Program-made: the position numbers and the translations under genes
Notes under the pieces: generated by a model
Told to the model about the DNA's origin: nothing
The model's database searches: none
Seen by the model: the letters and a program-made list of their open reading frames with translations, nothing else
From: Abditibacteriaceae bacterium
Lineage (GTDB): Bacteria; Armatimonadota; Abditibacteriia; Abditibacteriales; Abditibacteriaceae
Reading direction: 5' to 3'
Length of the DNA: 35,824 nt
NCBI GenBank assembly: GCA_031425655.1
Contig: JANPJS010000121.1
Location: forward strand, 1 to 35,824
In this document: in pieces, positions 25,624 through 35,790 of the stretch
Layout: each line of letters begins with the position of its first letter
Numbering within the stretch: position 1 is the first letter of the stretch

Positions 25624-28401
25624 ATGAATCATAAATGGACATTGACTTTGGCCGTCATTTTATGCGCCGGATGCGCGCAATCGCAACCCGCGCCCGAAGC
25701 CACGGTGCGGGTTTCGCTGAAGCCGGAAATGCTGCGCAGCGAAGCGGAATTGGCCGATTTTTCGGGCTTGGTAGACGAGCAGGACGCCATCGGCGACTTG
25801 CCAAAGGCCGAAGCAAAAACCTCATGGAATATCAATTCGCAGCACAATAAGAAGTTTCCCTTCGCCGCCGTGCTCGATTTGGGGCAGGAAAAACATCTTT
25901 CCTCGCTCTGGTTTTACGATTCCAACAACATCGGCGACATCGCGTTTTTTGCGGGCAAGCCGAACGACTGGCGCGCCATTGCCGAAGCCAAAACCGACCG
26001 TTACAAAAGCTGGAATCAAGTGCCTCTCAGTGCCACGACGCGCTATTTGCGCGTCGAATTGAAGTCATCGGCTGCGATTATCAACGAAATCGCGATTTAC
26101 GCTTATACCGACGACGGTTTTCGCGCGATGCAGGCGCGTCTGGCGCAGGAAAAGCGCGACCGCGAAGAGCGCGACGCGGCAGTCGCTAAAGCGACACAGG
26201 AAGTGGCAATGCGCCCCGTCGTGGAAATGGCGCCGTTCGGCAAGCTGTCCCTCGTAGACGAAATCGAGACAGGAGCCGCCGACCCCGGCCATTTGTTCGA
26301 GGAAAGCCCGAAGGGAGTTTCGCGCGTCGAAACGATTCTCGGAAAACCCTGCCGCGTCATCGCGCCGACCGAAGGCGAAGGAGCCTTCATCAGCTTTCGC
26401 ATCGGACGATTCAAGCTGCTCAAACCCGGCGCGCAATACGTTTTAGCCGTCGAATATCCCGAAGACGATGCGCGCAGTTGGATTATCCAAAACGGCGGCA
26501 ACGAAACTTCGCGCGGTTTTCACACAGGCCGCAGCGTCGGCGATGCGTTTCACCCGAAATACGTCAACAACCTCAACGAATCCATCAACCTGCCGCTGAG
26601 CGGCAAATACGAGACGTGGAAACTGTTCTTTTCGCTGCACGACCGCTTTCCGCAGCGCGCATTTATTCGCGGCAAAGGCGAACGCGCATTAACGCCCGAC
26701 GACGGTTTTCCGGTCACCATCGCGCAGTTCACGGCGCGCGATATTCCCGCCTCGAAAGGCGCCGCCGTGTCGCGCATTCGCCTTTACGAAGTGTTGGAGC
26801 CGCAAAAACTGAACGCGACTTACACGCTTCCGCAAGGCTTGCCGCAGCGCCATCTTTTCTGGCGCGAAGAAATGGCCGACGGCGTGATTGACAGCGAAAA
26901 AGAAAGCGAACGCGGCCTGACCAATCGCCTCGACTGGTATCGCTACAAAGCGCGCCTGATGCACTTTTTGGGCATGAATACCTTCGCCAAAGACCTGCTC
27001 GAATTCGGCGCCGTGCAGCATTGGGACACCAGCGCGCTCGGCGGCAACGATTGGGCGTTTTTCAATGGCAGCACCAAAGATTTGTGGGGCCAAATCGTCG
27101 AAACCATGGGCAAAGAAGGCTTCAGCGTGCTGCCGTATTACGAGTATTCGGGCAGCAAAGGCTACAAAGGTCTGGGCAATCAGCGCCGCGCCAAACCTTT
27201 GACGCGCGACGACGCTTACACGCATATCAGTTGGATCGAAGCCTCCAACGCCGACATCACCGACCCCGACACTTACGAAGATTTTCGCAAGATGCTCGAT
27301 TTGACCATCGTGCGCCAGAAAGTCAAAGCCGAATTTGTGGGTTTGTGGCTGCGTCCGCGCTCGCAGTTGCCGATGGGCTTCGGCGATGCCACGCGCGAAC
27401 GCTTCGCCAAAGAAGCCAACGACGGCAAAGCCGTTTCGCGCGCCGATTTGAAAGCCGATAAAGCTCTGCTGGCACGCTACGAAACGTGGTGGTTCGGCAA
27501 ACGCCGCGATTTTTTGACCGCGATGCGCGATTATTTAGCGCAAAACGGCATCAAGCAACCGCTCGTGCTTTACACCGGCGAGGCCGCCGAATCGGGCAGT
27601 AGCTTCGCTAGTTGGGAGCCGCGCATGGTCACCGACGACCCGGCGTTCTGGCAACCGATTGTCGCGCAACCGGCGCATTTATCAAAAGACAAAAAGACCG
27701 CATTAATTACGGTCGGCGATGTAACGAAGCAGGATTTATATCTCGAAAGCCTGCTGTCGCCGCCGCTGAACTGGGGCGATTGGGAATGGCATCACGCCAA
27801 CCCGGCGCCCGACCCGAAAGATTATAAAACCACGCCCGGCGTTCTGATGACACACGCTTTTAATCGCGTTTACACCGTCTCGTCACCGAAGACGTTCGAG
27901 ATGTTTCGCGGGCCGTCGGGTCTGGCGCTTATCCGCCATTATTCGCTGAACGAAAACATGATGTTCGACAAGGCCGACAAAGAAAAACTCGGCTACTTTA
28001 TCGCCGACATCGAGCGCGCCGGGCCGTATTGCATGATGGGCGAAGCCTTAGCGATGGCCAACGGCGACCCGACCGAAATCGGCTATTTGTCGGGCGGCAA
28101 CTTCGGGCGAGGCTTCCCCGAATACGTGCGCGCCTTCAACACCGCGTTTCTCTCGCTTCCGGCTCTGCCCAGCCGCATTGTGCCAAACGCCGCGCCCGAC
28201 GCCGAAATCGTGGTGCGCGAAATTGCCACGCAAGGCAAAGGCACTTATTACGCGCTGGTAAATACGGGTTTGAAAGCGAAAACCGTGACAATCAAGCTGC
28301 CCGGCGCCGGACAACTTCTCGACGCCGCGACGAAAAAGCCCATCGCCGCCGGAGCACAGACGTTTTATCCCTGCGAATTGAAGGCGTGGTTCAGGCCTTA
28401 A
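25624..28401 (+). CDS. Large lipoprotein of unknown function: N-terminal discoidin/F5-8-like domain, possible carbohydrate-active core
   Basis: Lipobox LCAGC, VLDLG...TRYLRV pattern, aromatic-rich core, SD GAGGA. Confidence 0.75.
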   Translation: MNHKWTLTLAVILCAGCAQSQPAPEATVRVSLKPEMLRSEAELADFSGLVDEQDAIGDLPKAEAKTSWNINSQHNKKFPFAAVLDLGQEKHLSSLWFYDSNNIGDIAFFAGKPNDWRAIAEAKTDRYKSWNQVPLSATTRYLRVELKSSAAIINEIAIYAYTDDGFRAMQARLAQEKRDREERDAAVAKATQEVAMRPVVEMAPFGKLSLVDEIETGAADPGHLFEESPKGVSRVETILGKPCRVIAPTEGEGAFISFRIGRFKLLKPGAQYVLAVEYPEDDARSWIIQNGGNETSRGFHTGRSVGDAFHPKYVNNLNESINLPLSGKYETWKLFFSLHDRFPQRAFIRGKGERALTPDDGFPVTIAQFTARDIPASKGAAVSRIRLYEVLEPQKLNATYTLPQGLPQRHLFWREEMADGVIDSEKESERGLTNRLDWYRYKARLMHFLGMNTFAKDLLEFGAVQHWDTSALGGNDWAFFNGSTKDLWGQIVETMGKEGFSVLPYYEYSGSKGYKGLGNQRRAKPLTRDDAYTHISWIEASNADITDPDTYEDFRKMLDLTIVRQKVKAEFVGLWLRPRSQLPMGFGDATRERFAKEANDGKAVSRADLKADKALLARYETWWFGKRRDFLTAMRDYLAQNGIKQPLVLYTGEAAESGSSFASWEPRMVTDDPAFWQPIVAQPAHLSKDKKTALITVGDVTKQDLYLESLLSPPLNWGDWEWHHANPAPDPKDYKTTPGVLMTHAFNRVYTVSSPKTFEMFRGPSGLALIRHYSLNENMMFDKADKEKLGYFIADIERAGPYCMMGEALAMANGDPTEIGYLSGGNFGRGFPEYVRAFNTAFLSLPALPSRIVPNAAPDAEIVVREIATQGKGTYYALVNTGLKAKTVTIKLPGAGQLLDAATKKPIAAGAQTFYPCELKAWFRP

Positions 28402-28448
28402 TTGGTTGTGACGGGTCGGTTCGATTTTTTCTTAAAAGAGGCATCACA

Positions 28449-29048
28449 ATGAAAATAATGTCTTTGGTGGCAGTCGCCGCTTTGCTCACAGTGTGCCGTG
28501 CAGGACAGGCGACAGAGCCGCCCAAATTCGTGAGCGCAACGTTTCAGGACATTCTCAGCCGCGTCATTCGCCGCGATAAAGACAGCGAAGCCATTATGGA
28601 AGTCAAAGCCCAAAAGGATGCTCCACAGCGTGTTTCTGGCTTGAATTTCACTATCGAAGAGCAGCCTTCCCAGAATGAAGTCGTCGTCGTGATTTGGCGC
28701 AATCTGAAAACCAGTGGCGGCGTTTACGAGAACTATTGCCTCATTATGGATGATGCCATCCGCGAGGAACTGCGAAATCAAAAACGCTTTCAAGAACTGC
28801 AAAAGGAACGTATAACGAAGGCATTAGAAGAGCGGGCGAAAAAAATTGAGCAGTTGACCGAGGGCAAGCTGAAGTATGGCATGACGCCAGACGAGGTCGC
28901 GGCCATCAAAGGCAAGCCTGCCGCTGTTGACGAGATCGAACCGCGCGGAGCAGCGGGCCTTCCCTTCAATGCATTTATTTGGATATATCCAAACCTCAAG
29001 CTGCATTTCTACGGCGGAATATTGGTGGATGTGGAACGCAAAAACTAA
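28449..29048 (+). CDS. Secreted hypothetical protein with C-terminal SmpA/OmlA-like motif
   Basis: SD AGAGG, signal MKIMSLVAVAALLTVCRAG, GMTPDEVAAIKGKP. Start is internal to the 28029 ORF. Confidence 0.7.
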   Translation: MKIMSLVAVAALLTVCRAGQATEPPKFVSATFQDILSRVIRRDKDSEAIMEVKAQKDAPQRVSGLNFTIEEQPSQNEVVVVIWRNLKTSGGVYENYCLIMDDAIREELRNQKRFQELQKERITKALEERAKKIEQLTEGKLKYGMTPDEVAAIKGKPAAVDEIEPRGAAGLPFNAFIWIYPNLKLHFYGGILVDVERKN

Positions 29049-29154
29049 GGCCAATACTACTAAGAACCGCTACTTTCCAACGATAATGTTGGCATTCGTC
29101 CTGCGGAAGGCCGCGACCAAAAAACCACTCGGCGCGCAGCCTTTCTATCTATAA

Positions 29155-31086
29155 CTACGGCTGTTGGAGATTATTATCCGATGGCGCCGGAAGCGGAATT
29201 GCGAAGCAGAATGTGCTGCCCTGGCCGGGCACGCTTTCGACCCCGATGTGGCCGCCGTGCGCCTCGACGGCTAACTTGCAAAAAGTCAGGCCCAGACCTG
29301 TGCTCATCATGCGCCCGCCCTGACGCGATTCCACCTGGCCGAACTTCTCGAAAATGCGCCCGAAAGCTTCGGGTGGGATGCCCTCGCCCGTATCGCTAAC
29401 GTCAAACACGAGCGCTTGCTCTTCTGAGCTATGGCGTGCCTCAACCGTCACTGTGCCGCCAGAGGGCGTGAACTTAAGGGCGTTGCCCAGCAGGTTGACT
29501 AAGGTGCGGCGCAGCTTGTTTTCATCGCCTCGCAGCGACGGCAAATCGGGAGCAATTTGCTGCACCAGCGTCAGGTTGTTGCTTTCGGCAAGTTGGGCAA
29601 TCTGGCTCACGGCGGAGGCAACGAGTTCCCTTGCCGACAGCACGGCGTAATCAAGCTGCATGGAGCCGGATTCCAGTTTTTCCACGTCCAGCAGGTCGTT
29701 AATCATGCCCAGCAGCGTTTCACCGCCGATGACGGCGATGCTCATCATCTCCCGCTGATCGTCGTTCAAGTCGCCGACGACATCCAAGGTCTGCATCCCC
29801 GCAATGACCGAGGTCAGCGGCGTGCGCAGGTCATGGATGATCATGTGAGTCAGGTCGTCGCGCAGCTTTTCGACTTCCTGCAAGCGACGGTAGCTTTCCT
29901 GTAGCTCCGCGGTGAAATGGAGTTCCAAGTCATGCACGCGCCGACGCTCGGTCACGTCTTCCAAAGCCAGCACCAATAACTCGGTGTGATTGCCGGCGCG
30001 CAGTTCGCGCGCGTTGAGCAGCATGACCCGTCGCCCGATGGAGGGAAAAACGTGTTCCAATTCGTAATCACTGAAGACTGAACTCTGAGGAATGATGTCT
30101 TCAAGCAGCGTGCGCAGCGCAGGAATATCCCACTGACCGTTGCCCAATTCGTAGATCAAGCGGCCTTCGGTTTCTTCAGGAGAAACGTCAAAGGTTTGGT
30201 AGAACGCGCGGTTAGCACTTCTCACACGCAAACTGGGGTCGAGCATCAAAAGCGGTTCGCGCACCGTGTCCACGATGTTCTGCGCGTAGGTTTCGATTTC
30301 GGCCAGCAGTCGTTCGGCGCGGCGCCGCTCCGTCACGTCTTCCATCGCTAAAACCAACAGTTCCGTGTCAATCCCCGCGCGAAGTTGGCGCGCGTTGAGC
30401 AGCATCACACGCCGTCCGATAATCGGAAAAGTGTGTTCGAGTTCAAAGTCGTTGAAGACCGAACTCTGCGGGACAATGTCTTCCAGCAGCGTTCGCAGCG
30501 CGGGAATATCCCACTGACCGTTGCCTAACTCATAAATCAGGCGGTTTTCCGTTTCTTCGGGCGAAACGTGAAAAGTTTGATAGAACGCACGGTTGGCGCT
30601 TCGCACGCGCAAGGTCGTATCAAGCATCAAAAGCGGTTCGCGCACTGTGCCAACGATGTTCTGCGCGTAGGTTTCGATCTCGGCGAGCAGTCGTTCGGCG
30701 CGGCGCCTCTCCGTCACATCTTCCATCGCCAAAACGAGAAATTCGGTATGATCGCCCGGACGCAGTTTGCGGGCGTTGAGCAGCATTACCTTACGTCCAA
30801 TGGTTGGGAAGTCGTGTTCCAGCTCGAAATCATTGAAAACTGATCTCTGAGGAATGATATCTTCGAGCAGCGTTCGCAGCGCGGGAATATCCCACTGGCC
30901 GTTGCCCAACTCGTAAATCAGGTGGTCTTCGGTTTCTTCGGGAGAGACGTGAAAGGCTTGATAGAACGCGCGATTGGCGCTTCTCACGCGCAAGTCGGCG
31001 TCGAGAATCAGCAGAGGTTCGCGCACCGTATCCACGATGTTCTGGGCGAAGTTCTGAATATCTTCAACCAGCGGTTTTCGATTCAT
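29155..31086 (-). CDS. Cytoplasmic sensor histidine kinase with three tandem PAS domains
   Basis: Three 127-aa repeats each with LGNGQWDIPALR, H-box HDLRTPL, NLLGNALKF, DTGEGI, TGLGL. Confidence 0.92.
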   Translation of the reverse strand: MNRKPLVEDIQNFAQNIVDTVREPLLILDADLRVRSANRAFYQAFHVSPEETEDHLIYELGNGQWDIPALRTLLEDIIPQRSVFNDFELEHDFPTIGRKVMLLNARKLRPGDHTEFLVLAMEDVTERRRAERLLAEIETYAQNIVGTVREPLLMLDTTLRVRSANRAFYQTFHVSPEETENRLIYELGNGQWDIPALRTLLEDIVPQSSVFNDFELEHTFPIIGRRVMLLNARQLRAGIDTELLVLAMEDVTERRRAERLLAEIETYAQNIVDTVREPLLMLDPSLRVRSANRAFYQTFDVSPEETEGRLIYELGNGQWDIPALRTLLEDIIPQSSVFSDYELEHVFPSIGRRVMLLNARELRAGNHTELLVLALEDVTERRRVHDLELHFTAELQESYRRLQEVEKLRDDLTHMIIHDLRTPLTSVIAGMQTLDVVGDLNDDQREMMSIAVIGGETLLGMINDLLDVEKLESGSMQLDYAVLSARELVASAVSQIAQLAESNNLTLVQQIAPDLPSLRGDENKLRRTLVNLLGNALKFTPSGGTVTVEARHSSEEQALVFDVSDTGEGIPPEAFGRIFEKFGQVESRQGGRMMSTGLGLTFCKLAVEAHGGHIGVESVPGQGSTFCFAIPLPAPSDNNLQQP

Positions 31087-31197
31087 AAGAAAGCTATGTG
31101 AAATTTTATCATAAGCAGCGCGCGTCCTACGTTGTCGGAGGGCTTTTGGAGCATAAGCCCAATGAACGATGCCGGCGGCGAATGCGTGTTTTAGCGG

Positions 31198-32469
31198 TCA
31201 ATCGTGCGGAATTTCGCGTCCGTGCGGGTCGCGCGTCGGGTTGCCGGCGGCGGCGTCTACATGGCGCTCGATTTCGGGAGAAATAAAATGCTCGGTGCGG
31301 TCGGCGGCGGCGTGAACGTGATCTTCGGGATAGCCCAATTCGCCTAAGTAGGTTTCGTAAACGCGATGGCGATGCACTAATTCCTGCGCGGCGCGGTTTC
31401 CGGCTTCCGTCAGCACGAAACCGCCGTTTTCTGGCTGGGCCAACTGCGTTTTGAGCAAATTGCGCAAGGCGCGGCGCGAAGTGCCGGTATCGCTTTGCGT
31501 CAAAGCCGCGAGACCGAGCGCGTCTAACGGTTTCCCGGCTTGTTCGCGCACACGCCACAAGGCTTGCAGCGCATCTTCACGGGCCACACTTTGCGAAAGC
31601 TGGCGACGGCCCCACCAGCGCGTCAAAACGCCGTAGCGCGGCCCGGCCAAAAACGCGATAACAAAGAGCAATCCGGCCACCAGCGTCATCGCGCCCGATG
31701 TCGAAACGTTCCAATACTCGGCCAACAAAGTGCCGTAAATCGCGGAAAATACGCCGCAAACTACGCTGAAAAGCAGCATCATTTTCAAGTCGTCGGTCAG
31801 CAAATACGCCGTCGCGGGCGGCACGGCAAGCATCGCCACTACCAAAATCGCGCCGACCGGCTCGAACGAACCGACTGCCGTCATGGAAACCAAGCCCATC
31901 AAAATGTAGTGCATCAGTCCGGCGTTGATGCCGACAGCCGTCGCCATTTCCGCGTCGAAGGCGGAGATTTTCAATTCCTTGAAAAGCAGCGTAACCGTCA
32001 AAAGGCACACGCTAAAAACGATGGCCATTTGCGCGAATGCCTGTGGAATGTCCCATCCGGCAACTTTGACGGTGTAAAACGGTGTGAACTCAATGACGCC
32101 GTAAAGCACACAGTCCAAATCGAGGTCAACCATGTGCGCGTAACGCGAAATCAGCACCACGCCGATGGCAAAAAGCGAAGTAAACGTCACGCCGATGGCG
32201 GCATCGTTCCGCACGCGCCCGCCTCTGGACAACGCCTGCACCAAAAAGGCAGTGACGAGTCCGAGAACAGCAGCGCCAATGAGCATCACGATGGATTGGC
32301 GCGATTTCGTTAGCAAAAACGCGATGGCGATGCCGGGCAAAACGGCGTGAGAAATGGCATCGCCGAGCATCGCCATGCGCCGCAGAATTAAAAACGAGCC
32401 GCACAACGCGCACGAAGCCGCGACTAAGCTGCCGGTAGCGAAAATCCACAAAACGGAAGAAATATCCAT
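31198..32469 (-). CDS. mntD: Mn/Zn/Fe ABC permease (TroD/MntD-like) fused to a DtxR-like domain
   Basis: MLGDAISHAVLPG ABC-3 motif. C-terminal LTEAG...HRHRVYETYL...ADRTEHFIS...DPHGREIP. Confidence 0.88.
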   Translation of the reverse strand: MDISSVLWIFATGSLVAASCALCGSFLILRRMAMLGDAISHAVLPGIAIAFLLTKSRQSIVMLIGAAVLGLVTAFLVQALSRGGRVRNDAAIGVTFTSLFAIGVVLISRYAHMVDLDLDCVLYGVIEFTPFYTVKVAGWDIPQAFAQMAIVFSVCLLTVTLLFKELKISAFDAEMATAVGINAGLMHYILMGLVSMTAVGSFEPVGAILVVAMLAVPPATAYLLTDDLKMMLLFSVVCGVFSAIYGTLLAEYWNVSTSGAMTLVAGLLFVIAFLAGPRYGVLTRWWGRRQLSQSVAREDALQALWRVREQAGKPLDALGLAALTQSDTGTSRRALRNLLKTQLAQPENGGFVLTEAGNRAAQELVHRHRVYETYLGELGYPEDHVHAAADRTEHFISPEIERHVDAAAGNPTRDPHGREIPHD

Positions 32470-33807
32470 TTAAATATTCACTTCCAATTTCGGTTCGCGG
32501 CCATGCAATCGCATCATGTCTTCGAGTTGGACTAAGGCTTCGGGCGTCAAAAAATGCTCGACGGCATCGGCGTCGCGGTCAACGCTTTGCGCGCCCAGAC
32601 TGGTTTCATACATGAGAAACATTTCCCACAAACGATGGCGCCGCTCGACTTGATAGGCTTCGACCAAACCTTGCGTTGTCAATCGCCAACGGCCCGCCGT
32701 CGGCGATTCGACAAGTTTTGTGCGCGCCAATTCGTGCAACGTGGCGCGCAAGACGCCGCGCGCTGCGCGTCGCTTTTGCCACAGTTCCTCTTCGTCAATT
32801 TCCGGCGGCGCGCCATTATTTTCGTTTTGCGCGCTGGAAATTCCAGCTTCTACGGCGTGCGATTCGGCGATTTCATACAAATCGCGCAACACATTTTCGC
32901 GGCGCACCAACTTGCGCGTCGCCAAAAAGCGCAAAAACCGCGCAAGGGCGCCGCGCTGTGGCGCGAACAACAGCGAAATCATGAAAACCGTCGTGGCGGC
33001 CAGCACAATCAGCGGGCCGGTTGGCATTCGCGGCGCCAAAGCCGAAAGAATCGCGCCCAAAGCGCCGCTTAATCCGCCAATTAAGGCCGAAAGCGGCGCC
33101 ATGACGTGCAGTTTTTCCGTCCAAAAGCGCGCTGCCGTCGGCGGCGTAATCAGCATCGCCGAAATCAAAACCACGCCAACCGCCTGCAAACCAATGACAA
33201 CAGCGACCACGATCATGAAAAGCAATAAGGCATCCAAGCGCGCCATCGGCAAGCCCAATCCATTGCCAAAATCGGGGTCGAAGCAAAGCAATTTCAGTTC
33301 TTTGTAAATCACCCACGAAAGCAAACACAGCACGACAGCCACACCCATCATCGCCTGCACATCGGCGCCGACTAAAGCCGCCGCGTTGCCGAAGAGAAAC
33401 TTGTCCAGCCCGCTTTGTTCGCCCGAACCGCCGTGTTGAATCTTGCTCAGCAGCACGACTCCGGCACCGAAAAACACGCTGAGGACAATCGCCTGTGCGC
33501 CGTCTTGCTTGATGCGCGAATGGCGGCCAATCGCCGCGATGCACCACGCCGCCGCCATGCCGGTTACGCTGGCGCCGCCGAGCAGCAGCCACAAGTTCTT
33601 GGATTCAAAGCTCCACCAACCGCGCGAACGCCCGAACTCGCCGAGCAGGAACGCCAAACACACGCCGGGCAGCGAGGCGTGCGCCAAAGCGTCGCCCATT
33701 AAACAGCGCCCGCGCAAAAGGGCAAAACAGCCCAATGTTCCCGCCGCCACGCCCAGCAGCGACGACGCGAGAATCACCCAGCGTAAATTCGGATCAGCCC
33801 AATCCAT
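32470..33807 (-). CDS. mntC: Mn/Zn/Fe ABC permease (TroC/MntC-like) fused to a DtxR-like domain
   Basis: LMGDALAHASLPG. C-terminal LTTQG...RRHRLWEMFL...ADAVEHFL. Confidence 0.88.
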   Translation of the reverse strand: MDWADPNLRWVILASSLLGVAAGTLGCFALLRGRCLMGDALAHASLPGVCLAFLLGEFGRSRGWWSFESKNLWLLLGGASVTGMAAAWCIAAIGRHSRIKQDGAQAIVLSVFFGAGVVLLSKIQHGGSGEQSGLDKFLFGNAAALVGADVQAMMGVAVVLCLLSWVIYKELKLLCFDPDFGNGLGLPMARLDALLLFMIVVAVVIGLQAVGVVLISAMLITPPTAARFWTEKLHVMAPLSALIGGLSGALGAILSALAPRMPTGPLIVLAATTVFMISLLFAPQRGALARFLRFLATRKLVRRENVLRDLYEIAESHAVEAGISSAQNENNGAPPEIDEEELWQKRRAARGVLRATLHELARTKLVESPTAGRWRLTTQGLVEAYQVERRHRLWEMFLMYETSLGAQSVDRDADAVEHFLTPEALVQLEDMMRLHGREPKLEVNI

Positions 33808-34673
33808 CAGCTTGTATCCTTGCGTTTGCGCTGCGTGCGTTCAAATTGGGCGCGCTTGCTTTCGTCGCTCATGATGGTGTCGGCGATAGTCGAAAGCACC
33901 GTCAGGCGACCGCCGTAGGTTTTTTGCAAATTCTCGTGCGTAAAGGTTTCTTCCGCCGGCCCAGCCGCCACGACTCTCATATTAAGTAGCACGACCCAAT
34001 CGAAATACTCGCGCACCGTTTCCAAATCGTGATGCACGACAAGGACAGTTTTGCCCTGCTCTTTGAGTTCGCGCAAAAGCGTGACAATCGCCGTTTCCGT
34101 CGCCGCATCCACGCCGGCAAACGGCTCATCCATGAAATAAATCTGCGCTTTTTGCGCTAAGGCCCGCGCCAAAAACACGCGTTGCTGCTGCCCGCCCGAA
34201 AGCTGCGAAATCTGCCGCGTGGCGAACGCCGCCATGCCGACGTGCTCCAAACATTCGAGCGCTAAAGCGTGCTCGGCTTTGCCGGGCCGCCGCAGCCAGC
34301 CCAAACGCCCATAAGTGCCCATCGTGACGACATCTAAGGCGCTGGTGGGAAAATCCCAGTCCACGCTTTCGCGTTGCGGCACATAACCGATGATCTGGCG
34401 CTGCTGATGAAACGGCTTGCCATGAACCTTGATCCAGCCCGACGCGAGTGGCAATAAGCCCATCACAGCTTTGAGCAGCGTGCTTTTTCCGGCGCCGTTC
34501 GGCCCGACGATGGCGATGAGATTGCCCGCCGGCAGGCTGAAATCCACGTCCCACAGCACCGGGCGCCGATGATAAGCGACGGTCACATCGTGAACCTCTA
34601 ACGCTGGAATTTCAGATTGTGGCGCAACGCCGGGTTTCCCGCCTGTCGCAACCTGCGCTTCTATTACTTCCAT
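33807..34673 (-). CDS. mntB: Mn/Zn/Fe ABC ATPase (TroB/MntB)
   Basis: [50 protein letters not shown] before the ATG at 34673. Confidence 0.93.
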   Translation of the reverse strand: MEVIEAQVATGGKPGVAPQSEIPALEVHDVTVAYHRRPVLWDVDFSLPAGNLIAIVGPNGAGKSTLLKAVMGLLPLASGWIKVHGKPFHQQRQIIGYVPQRESVDWDFPTSALDVVTMGTYGRLGWLRRPGKAEHALALECLEHVGMAAFATRQISQLSGGQQQRVFLARALAQKAQIYFMDEPFAGVDAATETAIVTLLRELKEQGKTVLVVHHDLETVREYFDWVVLLNMRVVAAGPAEETFTHENLQKTYGGRLTVLSTIADTIMSDESKRAQFERTQRKRKDTS

Positions 34674-34692
34674 CAAATGACTCCCCGTTTCG

Positions 34693-34724
34693 CCCAAACC
34701 CTACAACCCAACACCCAAAACCCT
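34693..34724. repeat. Degenerate CCCAAAA heptamer array
   Basis: cccaaac cctacaa cccaaca cccaaaa ccct, same family as 12070-12120. Confidence 0.65.
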
Positions 34725-34728
34725 GCCG

Positions 34729-35724
34729 TTACTTCAGCGCCTTCACAATCGTGTCCACGTTATGGCGCACCATGCCGTCGTAAGTGCCTGTCGGCGTGCC
34801 GGCTTGCCCCATCGCGTCCGAATATAACGAGCCGCCGATTTTCACGTCGTGGCCTTTAGCCCCGCAGCCTTGCACGACGGCTTCGATGGAGCGTTTGGAA
34901 ACGCTGGTTTCCACGAAAACCGCTTTGATTTTGCGCGCTGTCAGCAGTTGAACGATGCGCTGCACATCGCGCACGCTGACATCGCTGGCCGTCGAGATGC
35001 CTTGCAAACCCTGCACCTCGACATCGTAAGCGCGGCCAAAATATTTGAAGGCGTCGTGCGCCGTAACCAAGACGCGACGCGCTTTAGGCACCGTTGCCAA
35101 CTGGCGCCGCGCATAAGCATCCAATTCCGTCAACTTTTTCAGATAAGCGGCGGCGTTTTTGTCGTAGTCGGCGGCGTGCGGCGGGTCGAATCGCTTGAAA
35201 GCGTCACGCGTGGTTTGGGCGGCTTTCATCCACTTGCTGACATCGAACCAGATATGCGGGTCGGAAAAACTGGTCGTGCTGTCGGGTTTGAGCAGTTCGT
35301 CTTCTTTCAGCCCCGACGCGACGGCCACGCTCGGTTTGCGCTCGGACATTTTCTCCAAAATATCGGCCATTTTGCCTTCGAGATGCAGGCCGTTATACAA
35401 AATGAGGTTGGCGTTGCTCAATTTCTGAATATCGCCGGGCGTGGCTTTATAAAGATGCGGGTCAACGCCCGCGCCCATCAGCGCCTGCGAACGCACATGA
35501 GCGCCGCCGACGTTGTGCGCGATGTCGTGAATCATGCCCGTCGTCGTTATCACATTAAACGGCCCGGAGCCTTGATAAACAAAGCTGAACTCGGTGCCGC
35601 CATGATTTTCGTGCTTTTCCGGCCCGCTTTTAGCGCTTTCGCCTTCGTTTTTAGCGCCGCAGCCCGCCAGCATGGCAAGGCTCAGTGCCGTGATTAAATT
35701 GCGTTTCCATCTGTTGACTTGCAT
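34729..35724 (-). CDS. mntA: Mn/Zn/Fe ABC substrate-binding lipoprotein (TroA/MntA)
   Basis: Lipobox LAGC, VDPHLY, NGLHLE, DPHIWFD, TAHDAFKYF, LYSDA. Start is 35724 (ATG) or 35730 (TTG). Confidence 0.93.
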   Translation of the reverse strand: MQVNRWKRNLITALSLAMLAGCGAKNEGESAKSGPEKHENHGGTEFSFVYQGSGPFNVITTTGMIHDIAHNVGGAHVRSQALMGAGVDPHLYKATPGDIQKLSNANLILYNGLHLEGKMADILEKMSERKPSVAVASGLKEDELLKPDSTTSFSDPHIWFDVSKWMKAAQTTRDAFKRFDPPHAADYDKNAAAYLKKLTELDAYARRQLATVPKARRVLVTAHDAFKYFGRAYDVEVQGLQGISTASDVSVRDVQRIVQLLTARKIKAVFVETSVSKRSIEAVVQGCGAKGHDVKIGGSLYSDAMGQAGTPTGTYDGMVRHNVDTIVKALK

Positions 35725-35790
35725 TTTCAATAACCTTTTATGGCAGGGCTTGCGCCCAATGGCATTAAGTTAAGCGATTGCGAAACGTAG

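Noticed and set aside
28029..28448. 5' part of the 339-aa ORF
   Set aside because: Overlaps the lipoprotein gene out of frame. SD and signal peptide support a start at 28449.
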